DNA of 63,915 nucleotides, filler included, from Octopus bimaculoides (GCF_001194135.2; 7 parts of 7 records of this genome joined end to end with filler, not necessarily neighbours in it), one strand, 5' to 3'. Positions 24,878-37,999 are shown, counted from the whole stretch's first letter. The notes: generated by a model not told the origin, from the letters alone. Numbers and translations: made by a program.

Positions 24878-26146
24878 NNNNNNNNNNNNNNNNNNNNNNN
24901 NNNNNNNNNNNNNNNNNNNNNNNNNNNNNNNNNNNNNNNNNNNNNNNNNNNNNNNNNNNNNNNNNNNNNNNNNNNNNNNNNNNNNNNNNNNNNNNNNNNN
25001 NNNNNNNNNNNNNNNNNNNNNNNNNNNNNNNNNNNNNNNNNNNNNNNNNNNNNNNNNNNNNNNNNNNNNNNNNNNNNNNNNNNNNNNNNNNNNNNNNNNN
25101 NNNNNNNNNNNNNNNNNNNNNNNNNNNNNNNNNNNNNNNNNNNNNNNNNNNNNNNNNNNNNNNNNNNNNNNNNNNNNNNNNNNNNNNNNNNNNNNNNNNN
25201 NNNNNNNNNNNNNNNNNNNNNNNNNNNNNNNNNNNNNNNNNNNNNNNNNNNNNNNNNNNNNNNNNNNNNNNNNNNNNNNNNNNNNNNNNNNNNNNNNNNN
25301 NNNNNNNNNNNNNNNNNNNNNNNNNNNNNNNNNNNNNNNNNNNNNNNNNNNNNNNNNNNNNNNNNNNNNNNNNNNNNNNNNNNNNNNNNNNNNNNNNNNN
25401 NNNNNNNNNNNNNNNNNNNNNNNNNNNNNNNNNNNNNNNNNNNNNNNNNNNNNNNNNNNNNNNNNNNNNNNNNNNNNNNNNNNNNNNNNNNNNNNNNNNN
25501 NNNNNNNNNNNNNNNNNNNNNNNNNNNNNNNNNNNNNNNNNNNNNNNNNNNNNNNNNNNNNNNNNNNNNNNNNNNNNNNNNNNNNNNNNNNNNNNNNNNN
25601 NNNNNNNNNNNNNNNNNNNNNNNNNNNNNNNNNNNNNNNNNNNNNNNNNNNNNNNNNNNNNNNNNNNNNNNNNNNNNNNNNNNNNNNNNNNNNNNNNNNN
25701 NNNNNNNNNNNNNNNNNNNNNNNNNNNNNAACCAAATAAATAGAAAGATTGGTATAAGCGTGTGTATGATCTAGGAACTCTGGATAAACCCATTTTCGAC
25801 ATTGCAAATAAAAAAAAAAGACTTACCTACAAAGAGAAAAGCTTATTGCTAAAAAATAAAATGTTATGACAATTTTCAGATTATAGACGCCTTAGGATAA
25901 CACTTCAATGGAAAGAAATGTAAATATCCATATATTAAATTGTGATTTTATAAATATATTAAAAGAAAACGTACGTGAAAGCTTTTATGCAGGTTACAAA
26001 ATCAGCGTTAAAGTGTATTATATTAACACTGTGGATATAATATAAGTGCAGAAACATCAGACAAAATACTATTTGAAGACACGCAATAGAAATAAAGGAA
26101 TATAATTTACAACTCTATTTGTGAACTGTATGATCGAAATACTTAC

Positions 26147-26257
26147 TGGTCGTTCTTGCATGGTGCCGATATAACTCACTATTTGAGTCACCACAAATGT
26201 CTCTACGTGAAAAATTGTAATTATTATGAACCAACAGCAGCTGAATCATATCTATCT
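26147..26257 (-). CDS. Probable downstream exon of the ankyrin-repeat gene (phase 1-1, 111 nt)
   Basis: cttttatag| acceptor and |gtaagt donor; open frame IDMIQLLLVHNNYNFSRRDICGDSNSELYRHHARTT resembles the second half of an ankyrin repeat. Confidence 0.55.
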
Positions 26258-27404
26258 CTATAAAAGATGAAGGGCATGCTAAAAATAACGTTTGGTAAAA
26301 AGGTGATATGGTTAAATTTGAAAACGCTTCCTCATATTTCTGATCTTTTAAATTGCTATTCTGCACAGTCATTTCTTTTTCATCTCTTTATGTCCTGACA
26401 GCCTATTTAAACATTCAGAATCTCTATATTCAGTCGTTGTTGGAATGATTCTTTCTTAGATAACATAACAAAATTAGTTAAATATTCATAATGTCGAGGT
26501 CAGTAATAAATATAATGTTAAAAACAATCTGAAAAGTATATAAAAGATAATCGTTTTCAATATAGGTACAAGGCCTGAAATTCTAGAGGAGGGAGAAAGG
26601 ACGAATTGACACGTTACATTTTTTTATGATGTGCTAACGGTTCTGCCAACTCCCAACTTTAATTATATAAATGATAACGGTTATCAGAAATATGAATAAA
26701 CAATCTGTAAATATGGGTTATGCAAATGGAGGTAGACAAAACAAATGTCACAAAAACAAACCAAAATGAGAAAAATAGGCGAATAAACACTATGGAAAAC
26801 TGTTATGAAGAACTGCTATAATGAGTCAAACGAGAGAAGCAATGATAGAAAATGTAAATGCTTCAAGAGTATAAATACATTCAATTCTGATTATTGGAAT
26901 GATTAAGATTTGATAATGGCATCAGTGTTATTGTTTGAATTACGTTCATTGTGGGCTGCAATATTTATTGGTCATAATGTAGGAAGTTAACCCAAGCGGC
27001 AGTTTGATCAAAAATGTTTCTGATATGCCGATGATTTAATCGGGTGTTGAAAGATATAGATTCCGAAATAGTTGTTTTGAATATGTATTTTAATATTAAG
27101 TGTTTGAACATTTCTAAAGCTACAAAATTTATAAAGCTGGAAAAGTTTGACGCACACACACATACAACATACACACATATGCATACATGCATATGTGTGT
27201 GTGTCTTTGCCTATGTGTGTATATACGTGCGCTCGCATATATATATATATTATATGCATATAAATATATATATATATTATAGGCATATATGTATATATAT
27301 ATATNNNNNNNNNNNNNNNNNNNNNNNNNNNNNNNNNNNNNNNNNNNNTTAATTAATTAANNNNNNNNNNNNNNNNNNNNNNNNNNNNNNNNNNNNNNNN
27401 NNNN

Positions 27405-27949
27405 TCTCCAATATTTACATTTATATCAGGCTGTTTCAGTAGATGTTCAACAATGTATGTGTGTCCATGAGTACAGGCCAGAGATAGAGGTGTGTCACCA
27501 TAATTATTTTTTACACTGACGACCATTCCAGATTGCTGCAGTAGAAGTTTAANNNNNNNNNNNNNNNNNNNNNNNNNNNNNNNNNNNNNNNNNNNNNNNN
27601 NNNNNNNNNNNNNNNNNNNNNNNNNNNNNNNNNNNNNNNNNNNNNNNNNNNNNNNNNNNNNNNNNNNNNNNNNNNNNNNNNNNNNNNNNNNNNNNNNNNN
27701 NNNNNNNNNNNNNNNNNNNNNNNNNNNNNNNNNNNNNNNNNNNNNNNNNNNNNNNNNCTGCTTCAGTAGATGTTCAACAGTCTCTAGGTGTCCTTTCATA
27801 CAGGCGAAATGTAGTGCTGTGTCCCCATCGTTATCCACAATATTTACATTAATATCAGGCTGTTTCAGTAGATGTTCAACAATCTCTGTGTGTCCATGAG
27901 CACTGGCCAGATATAATGGTGTCTCATCATTGTTATTTTGTTGATTTAT
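27405..27949 (-). CDS. Ankyrin-repeat gene, long exon with tandem ankyrin repeats (internal gap 27553-27757; 3' end lost in gap)
   Basis: ttatttttcag| acceptor, phase 0. [64 protein letters not shown]..[gap]..[48 protein letters not shown]. Confidence 0.92.
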
Positions 27950-28689
27950 CTGAAAAATAAAAAGAAAGATTCTAAAAATGGTGGCTAGGAGTGGAAGTGT
28001 AGAAGTCTTAAAGAATATTCANNNNNNNNNNTAAAAATGGTGGCTAGGAGTGGAAGTGTAGAAGTCTTAAAGAATATTCAGAAGCAGAAGATAAGGAGTA
28101 AGGTGGAATGATGATGGGTGGCCTTGAGTAAGTAAATAAGCTTTCTATTGTGTTTATATTGTATTTACACTCACACATGCACGCACACATACACACACAC
28201 ACATGATGTATACATACATATGTGTATGTGCATGCACACTGACCCACACATATGTGCATAAGCAAATAAAAAGGAAACGGCTCGAATAACGGACNNNNNN
28301 NNNNACACATATGTGCATAAGCAAATAAAAAGGAAACGGCTCGAATAACGGACAGAGTCAACGTCTGTTGAAAAGGTTGCAAGATGTAACGAAAATTTAA
28401 CAAAAAACAAGTAAACGAGTGGAAACTTAACCGGTGAGTGTGTTAAGTAATAAGGCACTAAAAGAGAATGACTCTCCCAGGCACAACAATATATATGTGT
28501 GTATATATGTATATGTATCCATACATACGGCCATAATAAGTTTAAGACAGTTCTCTTCCTTCATTAATTTATTTCTAACAAAACTGTATAAAATTATTTT
28601 ACTTTTTGCAGTTTATGTAGAATTGTTTTCTCTTTTGAACGATATAGGCTTTATATATCTTTCTACAATTTGAATAATCTTAATGTGCA

Positions 28690-29355
28690 ATTAATTCAAA
28701 TGATTAAAAATTGTCGGCCAAACAAATTTAAGATCGCACCAACGTTATTTTATATAAGACTGCACCAAGATTGTGCATATTAATAAACCAAATGCGTGGT
28801 CGTATGGCTGGTCGTACTGCACTGTTTTGTTTAATAATTGAACATNNNNNNNNNNTCGTATGGCTGGTCGTACTGCACTGTTTTGTTTAATAATTGAACA
28901 TTGTTATTCGCTATGAGAAAGTGTCGTAATATCAGCCTGTTACTAGATCAAAGATCACGTTGCTTCATTAACAAAATGTGTCCTCCGTGAACATTAGCAA
29001 ACAATTAGGATGCAGCAAAATGGCTTGTGTTCAAGCATGGAAGCTTGACCAAGTCACTGGCCAATACAAATTTCCGCAAAGAACGGGTGCTCCGAGAAAA
29101 ACAACAGTACAGATGGATCAGCGAATTCATAGGCTCTCTGAAAGTAACCGAATGCTAACAACAGGCGACATTTGCAAGCAATCATCTGATGAGAGTGACA
29201 TCAGCTTTACACCACAAACTGTCAGAAACTGCCTCAAAGAATTTGGACTGTTCAGCTGGGTTGCTCAAAAGAAGCTGATAATTTCTGAGACAAACTGGTA
29301 GAAGTGGATCAAGTTTGCTAAAAGCCATACTGAATGGATGGCTGAAGATTACTGA
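28690..29355 (+). mobile_element. Tc1-family transposase N-terminal fragment inside an ankyrin-gene intron
   Basis: RTGAPRKTTVQMDQRIHRLSESNRMLT...TPQTVRNCLKEFGLFSWVAQKKLII...KWIKFAKSHTEW (Tc1 HTH region); no catalytic domain seen. Confidence 0.82.
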
Positions 29356-29521
29356 TGCTGCTTCTTTAGGGTACTATTAACTACATTTTAGATTCCATCG
29401 GAACTAAATACAAGTCTAACCAAAATTGTTTATACATGTCGTGTTAGTATTCTAAAAAATAGCCCGAATTCTGATCTTTCCAACTCTACATACATACACA
29501 CATGCATATACACTCACTAAC

Positions 29522-29678
29522 CTGTAAAATGTTGTTTGCTGAGCCATTTAACAGGACTTCAACTACATCTACATAGTTCTTCTTCACAGCCGTATGGAGA
29601 GGTGTGTTGCCTTTTAAGTCCTGCTTGTTAATATTGATTCCCTTGGAGATCAGAAAGGCCACAGCATCACGTTTATTG
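29522..29678 (-). CDS. Ankyrin-repeat gene exon (phase 2-0, 157 nt)
   Basis: ctttcag| acceptor and |gttagt donor; NKRDAVAFLISKGININKQDLKGNTPLHTAVKKNYVDVVEVLLNGSANNILQ; phases fit both neighbouring exons. Confidence 0.92.
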
Positions 29679-29822
29679 CTGAAAGTAAGAAATATAAACA
29701 TCACAGACATTGACATAAGAATTATATTGAATCTACACTCATGTTCAATACATAAATATTAAACATACAGAAGTGTAAGTATGGATANNNNNNNNNNNNN
29801 NNNNNNNNNNNNNNNNNNNNNN

Positions 29823-29854
<32 letters not shown>

Positions 29855-30899
29855 ACACACACACACACATCATATTTTCTGATATATAAGGTACAGCCAA
29901 AAGTCACCCTTTGCCTTATATGCTGAAGGTCAGGCTTTGGGTAGACTCCAACATGTTCTAGAAGCAAAAGAACAGGAAGGGTGGCTAGGTTGATGGGGTG
30001 TAAGGAGAAATTGCAAGGGTGTATGGAGAAAGTAAGGGGGAGTTAGAAATGGNNNNNNNNNNGGAGAAATTGCAAGGGTGTATGGAGAAAGTAAGGGGGA
30101 GTTAGAAATGGGATAGGGGTGTGAATATGCAGGATGAGGAACAAGGGTTTAGGGAGGAAGTGTCAATGACAGATATGAGTCCAGTGGAAGTTAAAGGTGA
30201 GAGTAAGTGATGACTAAAGGTTGGGAATTGATAGTATAGGAATGAATGTTGTGAATGGTAGAGGAGTGATCAATGGCGCATATGAATTAGGAGGAAGGTC
30301 AAGGGTTTAGGTGCTGATTGGCAGAATAGGAGGGTGAAGAGCAACAGGATAATTCAGTAGACAGGAGAAGGATGAGATAAAGGGAGATGATGATGTGTGT
30401 GTGTGTNNNNNNNNNNGTGTGTGTGTGTGGGTGTGGTGGGTGTAGGCTACAAGAGTATGAGTGGAGAGAAAGATTGGGAGGAAGAGAGAGAAATGTATGG
30501 TAGTAATATGAAGTGAACAGGAAGAGATTAAGTGGAAAGAAGAGAGATAATTTCGAAGCATCGAAGAGGTAAGGGTGATCACTGCAAAATGTGAGTGGAG
30601 AGGGACAATGTTAAATATGAAGGATGGATGTTAAGTGAAGTGGTTCTGGCTGATGAGAAAGATAACTGCTATCACAGAAAAGATGAAGAAAATATGTAGT
30701 TCTCTAATCATTTAATTACAGTTGTAGAATAATGTACTTTGATATGTGATAGGAAATGAGGGGATGAAGTAGAAGTTTTGATGAGAAAATTAGACAAATG
30801 GTCNNNNNNNNNNAATGAGGGGATGAAGTAGAAGTTTTGATGAGAAAATTAGACAAATGGTCTAATTGTGTATATAGATATTGTATTTCTGAAATTCAG

Positions 30900-31330
30900 T
30901 TTTGCTGAGATGGGTGGGTTTCCTTGGGCACAAGATATTATCAGTCATCCCTGAGATCAACTTTCACTATTCTATTCCAAGTCTCCCTTTGCCATAAGTT
31001 CCACCCNNNNNNNNNNNNNNNNNNNNNNNNNNNNNNNNNNNNNNNNNNNNNNNNNNNNNNNNNNCAACTTTCACTATTCTATTCCAAGTCTCCCTTTGCC
31101 ATAAGTTCCACCCATCCTAAGTGACTGACACTTCTTTATAAAGCTGTCCTCCTCAATACACATCACATGACCATACCAGTGCTGTCTTCTCTCTCATACA
31201 CTTCATCTGATTTCATTTATACCCAATTCTTCTCTCAATACATTTGCATTTTGTCATACATATACACTGATGTTTCACATCCAGTGGAATACACTACCTT
31301 CATTCCGTTCTAGTCTTCGCATGTCTTCTG
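30900..31330 (-). mobile_element. Degenerate RTE LINE 3' ORF fragment
   Basis: RRLERNEGSVFHWM..VLREELGI..WYGHVM..KKCQSL..GGTYGKGR with stops; same type as 7050-7503. Confidence 0.65.
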
Positions 31331-31704
31331 CATTCAAGATCTATCCACAATTACTGTTTAGCACAAGTGTTATACATTCTGTTTTTCATTCTAAGAGGGA
31401 AATTTCTTGTTACTGACAAGAGTAATAGCTCTTTGAACTTTCCTTATTTTGTTCTTATTTCAAAATATCTCCAAAACAAGATAATTTACAAAGTTCTGTT
31501 TCGACAATAGATAAACAAAATGACTTTTATAATTGAAAAATAAAGTGGATTCATGGAGAAAATAATAAGATGTTGTTTGTTACTAATATCATGTTGTCTT
31601 CATGTCACACTGCCACTACTATGGCATCTTTGGATATTCAACCTGTCTGCAATTGGAAGAAATTTAGAAACAAATCTGAAGGATTTGGTTAATTCTGAAC
31701 TTAC

Positions 31705-31856
31705 CATTCCACAGCATAATCAAAAGCTGTTTTATTATCTTCGTCCTTCATGTCCAAATCAGCTCTGGCTTTGATTAAGAAATTCATAATATCTATATTG
31801 CCCACTTTGCAGGCAGCCATCAGATATGTCAGTCCACATGAATTAGTTTTGTTAAT
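31705..31856 (-). CDS. Ankyrin-repeat gene exon (phase 0-2, 152 nt); Mind bomb-like ankyrin region
   Basis: gaacttcag| acceptor and |gtaagt donor; INKTNSCGLTYLMAACKVGNIDIMNFLIKARADLDMKDEDNKTAFDYAVE; TG+C joins the next exon as Cys. Confidence 0.9.
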
Positions 31857-33498
31857 CTGAAGTTCAGAAAAGGTAGGCATGTAAAATATATTGAAGGAGA
31901 AAGAAAGAAAGAGAAGAGAGAGTACGGAAGAAGATGCTTGGATGAGAAAAAGGGATATAAAAGAGAAAGAAAGATGAAGAAGAAAGATTAATGTATAAAT
32001 ACACATACAGACACACACGTATTTCCTACCAAAACACTCCATTGCAGTGGGTGATGATGGGCTTCCCTCTCAGTCACATTCCATCAACTCTGACATGCTT
32101 CAAGGTTTGGCTAAATATTTATGAATTCTAGTGATGAGGGTTAGAAATGAAAGACCTGTGTTTATTTAGGAACACTTAATATTGTGTATAAAATAACAGT
32201 CAACTGTGAGAAAACTTTAAACAGAACAACTTACTTTCCGTGGATTTTGTTTAATATATTTTTGAATGTATTGAGTGTCTCCAAGCAAAATCTTATTTAT
32301 ATTCTTATCAACTTCCATCTTTTAAATGAAATATGCTAGAAAAAGAAAGAAATGAAAAGTTTCAAAACTTTATGAAGTCAGGTAAACAACAATATAAAGA
32401 AGACTAACAAACCTAACAACAGTCATTGTGTTGTGTCTCTTGGTCAGCTACATTACTCTGCTTATCGCAGTCTGACTGGTGACAATTAAACCCTGAATAT
32501 TGGAATGTTGGAGACCCTGTTCATGTTGAGCTTGGATTTGTGGGTCATACCTCAGCCAGATGGAGACACTGTATATCTTGTGCAATAGATCATTCCTCAG
32601 AAAGATGTAAATACAGTACACTTTCAGCTGTGCGTCTATGGATAATACCTTGTTATTCAACTCATCGATTATGGGCCGCAGGTGTGTTTGATCAGAACTT
32701 ACCTGGAGCTACTCAGNNNNNNNNNNGCAGGTGTGTTTGATCAGAACTTACCTGGAGCTACTCAGCAACAAATTCCTACATCTCAAAAGTGATGGAAATT
32801 TGGTTGTCATAAACAACCAAATTCTTTATCAATTTCGATGTCATTCTCTATTCTGTGACCATCACCATAGTTCCATATTTTCTAAACACACACATATGCT
32901 TTTCGGTTATTTCTTCATGTTAGTCAGTATCAGAAAGCATCACCCAAGGATGAAGTTTGCTCAACATATCAGAAGATGAGATTAATAAAGATTTTAATTG
33001 ATTACCAAAAATATTATGTTATTAAAACATATTTTATAATGAAGGACCCATCACATAGTATGGGATAATAATTTATTTATTTATAGAAGGATTAAGATAG
33101 AAAACACTTAATCCTTGAAGTAAACTTCACACACAAGATTTACAACAATATTAAAGCTTGAGTTGATAGAATTCTTAGGCTGCCAGACAAAATGCTTAAT
33201 GGCATTTCTTCCGACTTTACATTCTGGGATCAAATGCTGTCAGGCTTCACTTTGCTTTTCAACGTTTTGGATGGAATAAGTACCAGTCATGTACTGGGGT
33301 TGATGTAATCGGTTTGTCCCCTTCCTTTGAATTACTAGCCTTGTACCAAATCTTGAGACAAATATTAAAGCATGAAATTTGGAAGACCAGGAAAGATTAT
33401 TTGTTTTTAAGGTCCTCTGTCTTCCTGACATGACAGAAATGTAGAAAGAACACAAGAAAGAAATAAAACAAGATATTGATTCTATAAAAGAAGAGAGT

Positions 33499-33903
33499 GG
33501 CGGCGCAATGGCCCAGTGGTTAGGGCAGCAGACTCGCGATTGTAGGATCNNNNNNNNNNNNNNNNNNNNNNNNNNNNNNNNNNNNNNNNNNNNNNNNNNN
33601 NNNNNNNNNNNNNNNNNNNNNNNNNNNNNNNNNNNNNNNNNNNNNNNNNNNNNNNNNNNNNNNNNNNNNNNNNNNNNNNNNNNNNNNNNNNNNNNNNNNN
33701 NNNNNNNNNNNNNNNNNNNNNNNNNNNNNNNNNNNNNNNNNNNNNNNNNNNNNNNNNNNNNNNNNNNNNNNNNNNNNNNNNNNNNNNNNNNNNNNNNNNN
33801 NNNNNNNNNNNNNNNNNNNNNNNNNNNNNNNNNNNNCGAGCAGGCTGTTCCGTTGATCGGATCAACTGGAACCCTGGACGTCATAACCGACGGAGTGCCA
33901 ACA
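33499..33903 (+). mobile_element. tRNA-derived SINE spanning the gap 33550-33837
   Basis: Head ggcgcaatggcccagtggttagggcagc left of the gap; tail cgagcaggctgttccgttgatcggatcaactggaaccc..aaccgacggagtgccaaca right of it. Confidence 0.65.
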
Positions 33904-34187
33904 ATAAAAGAAGAGAAATTAATAAAAGAATCGATAGAAAATGTGTGTGTGTGTGTGTATAACAAATGCCTTTTAGTTCTGTGCCAAAGTGTGGCACACT
34001 GGGCAAGGGTCTTCCACCACATCCCACGGCTGATCAAGGCTTCTGAGGAGATTTAGGAGACATAAACAGAAAGAAATCTATTTTATATGCATGTATGCAC
34101 ACACATACATGTACGTGTGTTTATGCCTGACTGTGTGTGTGCGTGTGTGTGTGTGTGTGNNNNNNNNNNNNNNNNNNNNNNNNNNNN

Positions 34188-34219
<32 letters not shown>

Positions 34220-34723
34220 CGATGTGTTTGTTTATGTTTTGTCTCTGAATATTTATCCAGCTCAGAATAATGATGTTCCTATTATCTTTCTTATTAGCAA
34301 AANNNNNNNNNNCTTTGACAGAAGCGATCCCTTACTTGAGCACCAGATAAAGGTTCGTGTCAGGAAGGGATCAAGTTGTAAACTATGTCTTAATGATATA
34401 TCCCTCCTAGCAGCATGAGAAAAAAGGTCTAAAAACGAATGACATATATGAATGTAGGTACATGCATACATATGTATAAACAGACACACACACACACACA
34501 CACACACACACNNNNNNNNNNNNNNNNNNNNNNNNNNNNNNNNNNNNNNNNNNNNNNNNNNNNNNNNNNNNNNNNNNNNNNNNNNNNNNNNNNNNNNNNN
34601 NNNNNNNNNNNNNNNNNNNNNNNNNNNNNNNNNNNTGACTGAGGACTGGTGAACCAGATGGCAACACCAGGCTCCAATCTGATTTCACAGAGTTTCTACA
34701 GCTGGATGCTCTTCCTAACACCA

Positions 34724-34763
<40 letters not shown>

Positions 34764-35663
34764 NNNNNNNNNNNNNNNNNNNNNNNNNNNNNNNNNNNNN
34801 NNNNNNNNNNNNNNNNNNNNNNNNNNNNNNNNNNNNNNNNNNNNNNNNNNNNNNNNNNNNNNNNNNNNNNNNNNNNNNNNNNNNNNNNNNNNNNNNNNNN
34901 NNNNNNNNNNNNNNNNNNNNNNNNNNNNNNNNNNNNNNNNNNNNNNNNNNNNNNNNNNNNNNNNNNNNNNNNNNNNNNNNNNNNNNNNNNNNNNNNNNNN
35001 NNNNNNNNNNNNNNNNNNNNNNNNNNNNNNNNNNNNNNNNNNNNNNNNNNNNNNNNNNNNNNNNNNNNNNNNNNNNNNNNNNNNNNNNNNNNNNNNNNNN
35101 NNNNNNNNNNNNNNNNNNNNNNNNNNNNNNNNNNNNNNNNNNNNNNNNNNNNNNNNNNNNNNNNNNNNNNNNNNNNNNNNNNNNNNNNNNNNNNNNNNNN
35201 NNNNNNNNNNNNNNNNNNNNNNNNNNNNNNNNNNNNNNNNNNNNNNNNNNNNNNNNNNNNNNNNNNNNNNNNNNNNNNNNNNNNNNNNNNNNNNNNNNNN
35301 NNNNNNNNNNNNNNNNNNNNNNNNNNNNNNNNNNNNNNNNNNNNNNNNNNNNNNNNNNNNNNNNNNNNNNNNNNNNNNNNNNNNNNNNNNNNNNNNNNNN
35401 NNNNNNNNNNNNNNNNNNNNNNNNNNNNNNNNNNNNNNNNNNNNNNNNNNNNNNNNNNNNNNNNNNNNNNNNNNNNNNNNNNNNNNNNNNNNNNNNNNNN
35501 NNNNNNNNNNNNNNNNNNNNNNNNNNNNNNNNNNNNNNNNNNNNNNNNNNNNNNNNNNNNNNNNNNNNNNNNNNNNNNNNNNNNNNNNNNNTTAAAAATA
35601 ATCTATAAAGAACCAAATAAATAATATAAAAAACAAGAATAAATATTATTTTCAAATAGTAGA

Positions 35664-35697
<34 letters not shown>

Positions 35698-35989
35698 NNN
35701 NNNNNNNTATATATATATATATACACACACACATATATATATAAACATATATATATAAACAGTGTGTGTGTTTATTACCGGCATAATGCCTCTCCCAAGG
35801 TTTAATTGTNNNNNNNNNNNNNNNNNNNNNNNNNNNNNNNNNNNNNNNNNNNNNNNNNNNNNNNNNNNNNNNNNNNNNNNNNNNNNNNNNNNNNNNNNNT
35901 ATATAAATACATATATATATATAAACACACACACACACATATATATATAGGCTTATACATATATACTGGCTTCATCCACCCCCAGCCTT

Positions 35990-36370
35990 TGCATGTCCTC
36001 TGCATTCACGACTCTCTACCTTATAGCATTGCTGTTCGTATACATACATCATAGAATCGTCCTTTCACTCAGAGAGAGAAACCTTTGGTTGCCAACTGGT
36101 CAAAGCTCTCTTAATTTTCACTATCCTATTCTTATTCCAGCAATTACACTTCCCATACATCATCCCCAACAGCTAATTGGGCTCCTTAGGTCGTAGAAAT
36201 TATCCACTAGCTCTAAAGGGCTTTCAGGGGTCTTTGAGAAAATCGATTTCCTGAGTATCTATAGTTTTCACGACTCCCGTGCATCTTCCACAAACCAAAA
36301 CTACTTTCTCTGATAACCTGCAAATAATCTCACTGCACCTCATGTGTGTCCATAACTTACACAGGGTACA
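35990..36370 (-). mobile_element. RTE LINE RT C-terminal fragment with Cys-rich segment
   Basis: CTLCKLWTHMRCSEI..LVCGRCTG..LELVDNFYDL..SVIAGIRIG..LYDVCIRTAMLY, with stops. Confidence 0.7.
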
Positions 36371-37999
36371 TCGCATGGACACGTAAAAGCACCCACTACA
36401 CTCTCTGAGTGGTTGGCGTTAGGAANNNNNNNNNNNNNNNNNNNNNNNNNNNNNNNNNNNNNNNNNNNNNNNNNNNNNNNNNNNNNNNNNNNNNNNNNNN
36501 NNNNNNNNNNNNNNNNNNNNNNNNNNNNNNNNNNNNNNNNNNNNNNNNNNNNNNNNNNNNNNNNNNNNNNNNNNNNNNNNNNNNNNNNNNNNNNNNNNNN
36601 NNNNNNNNNNNNNNNNNNNNNNNNNNNNNNNNNNNNNNNNNNNNCAAATTAATTAATCTTTCATTCACTTTGTTTCCAATAAATCCTGCATTATCTCGTG
36701 GCTTCATGATTCAGAAGCTCTGATTATCTTCAGAATGACATTGTTGAGTAAGTGTGAGAAGCCGAATCTGGCTGGTTTGAACATAAAACAGAATATTTGG
36801 GTCTAATACGGTCATTTTGAATTAAAGGTTAAAAAGTATGCCAGGTAAAAACCTTGNNNNNNNNNNACGGTCATTTTGAATTAAAGGTTAAAAAGTATGC
36901 CAGGTAAAAACCTTGAGTGAGTGCTACTAGTAACATTGTAACCTAGGACAATCTGTCGAACGGTCGAGTTGTTGGTGTGTTTATGTCCCCCGTCACTTAG
37001 CGGTTCGGCAANNNNNNNNNNNNNNNNNNNNNNNNNNNNNNNNNNNNNNNNNNNNNNNNNNNNNNNNNNNNNNNNNNNNNNNNNNNNNNNNNNNNNNNNN
37101 NNNNNNNNNNNNNNNNNNNNNNNNNNNNNNNNNNNNNNNNNNNNNNNNNNNNNNNNNNNNNNNNNNNNNNNNNNNNNNNNNNNNNNNNNNNNNNNNNNNN
37201 NNNNNNNNNNNNNNNNNNNNNATTGTTTGTGTATGATTCTGTGTGTGTTTGTCAGTCCCTGTGAGATTTTTAAAAAAGTGAAAAATTTTCATCCCGAAAG
37301 GATGAAAGGCAAAGTCGACCTCGGTGGAATTTGAACTCANNNNNNNNNNNNNNNNNNNNNNNNNNNNNNNNNNNNNNNNNNNNNNNNNNNNNNNNNNNNN
37401 NNNNNNNNNNNNNNNNNNNNNNNNNNNNNNNNNNNNNNNAAATCCCTGATTTTCGGCAAAATCTCCAGTGATCGTTGGATGTTACTAAACTCCACGACAC
37501 TCACCCTTTTGAATGGTTCTTAGGACATTGTTCTAGAGTTGTGACCTGTTTTGTTACATATTGTTCACCCAAGCAAGAAGCCATGACATTTTTATCTTAT
37601 CTGTCTATCCACACAATTTAAAATCAAATGTCTAAATACAGAGAACTTGTTAAACAGATTAGGTTTTTTTCAGAAGAAATTGGCTCTCTACTCGAATTGA
37701 AATATATTTCTGGAATGTATGTAATTCATTGTGTGTAAAGCAATTTTTATGATGTACTAGAGTCAAGACATATATTTAACAATATGTATGTGAATGCCTC
37801 ACACACACACACGTGCGAGTGTAGAGTTCATATACACAAACATTTGCATTTATGTAATTATTTAAAAAAGGCGTTTTTTATGTACTCTTACTGGTCCTTG
37901 TAGTGTTTCATAATATTCTGTACTCTAAACATGTGCTCAATGCAATATTTCTTACAAATGAATGTTATCAGTGGCATATGGTTATGCTTTGTTCCACAG

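Noticed and set aside
25730-25802. Short RT-like peptide (KWVYPEFLDHTHAYTN) as a continuation of the 24.4-24.9 kb RTE
   Set aside because: Motif order does not fit that element; too short to classify.
29870-30700. GA-rich region with faint Penelope-like peptide hints on the minus strand
   Set aside because: Too degenerate to assign by eye.
32448-32980. Open frames and a strong minus-strand donor (ccag|gtaagt near 32708) upstream of the first ankyrin exon
   Set aside because: No frame stays open into the donor and no recognisable MIB/HERC2, ZZ or ankyrin motif; could be UTR but unsupported.
33499-33549. tRNA-like sequences at SINE heads
   Set aside because: A/B-box heads continue into SINE bodies and do not form complete cloverleafs; not tRNA genes.
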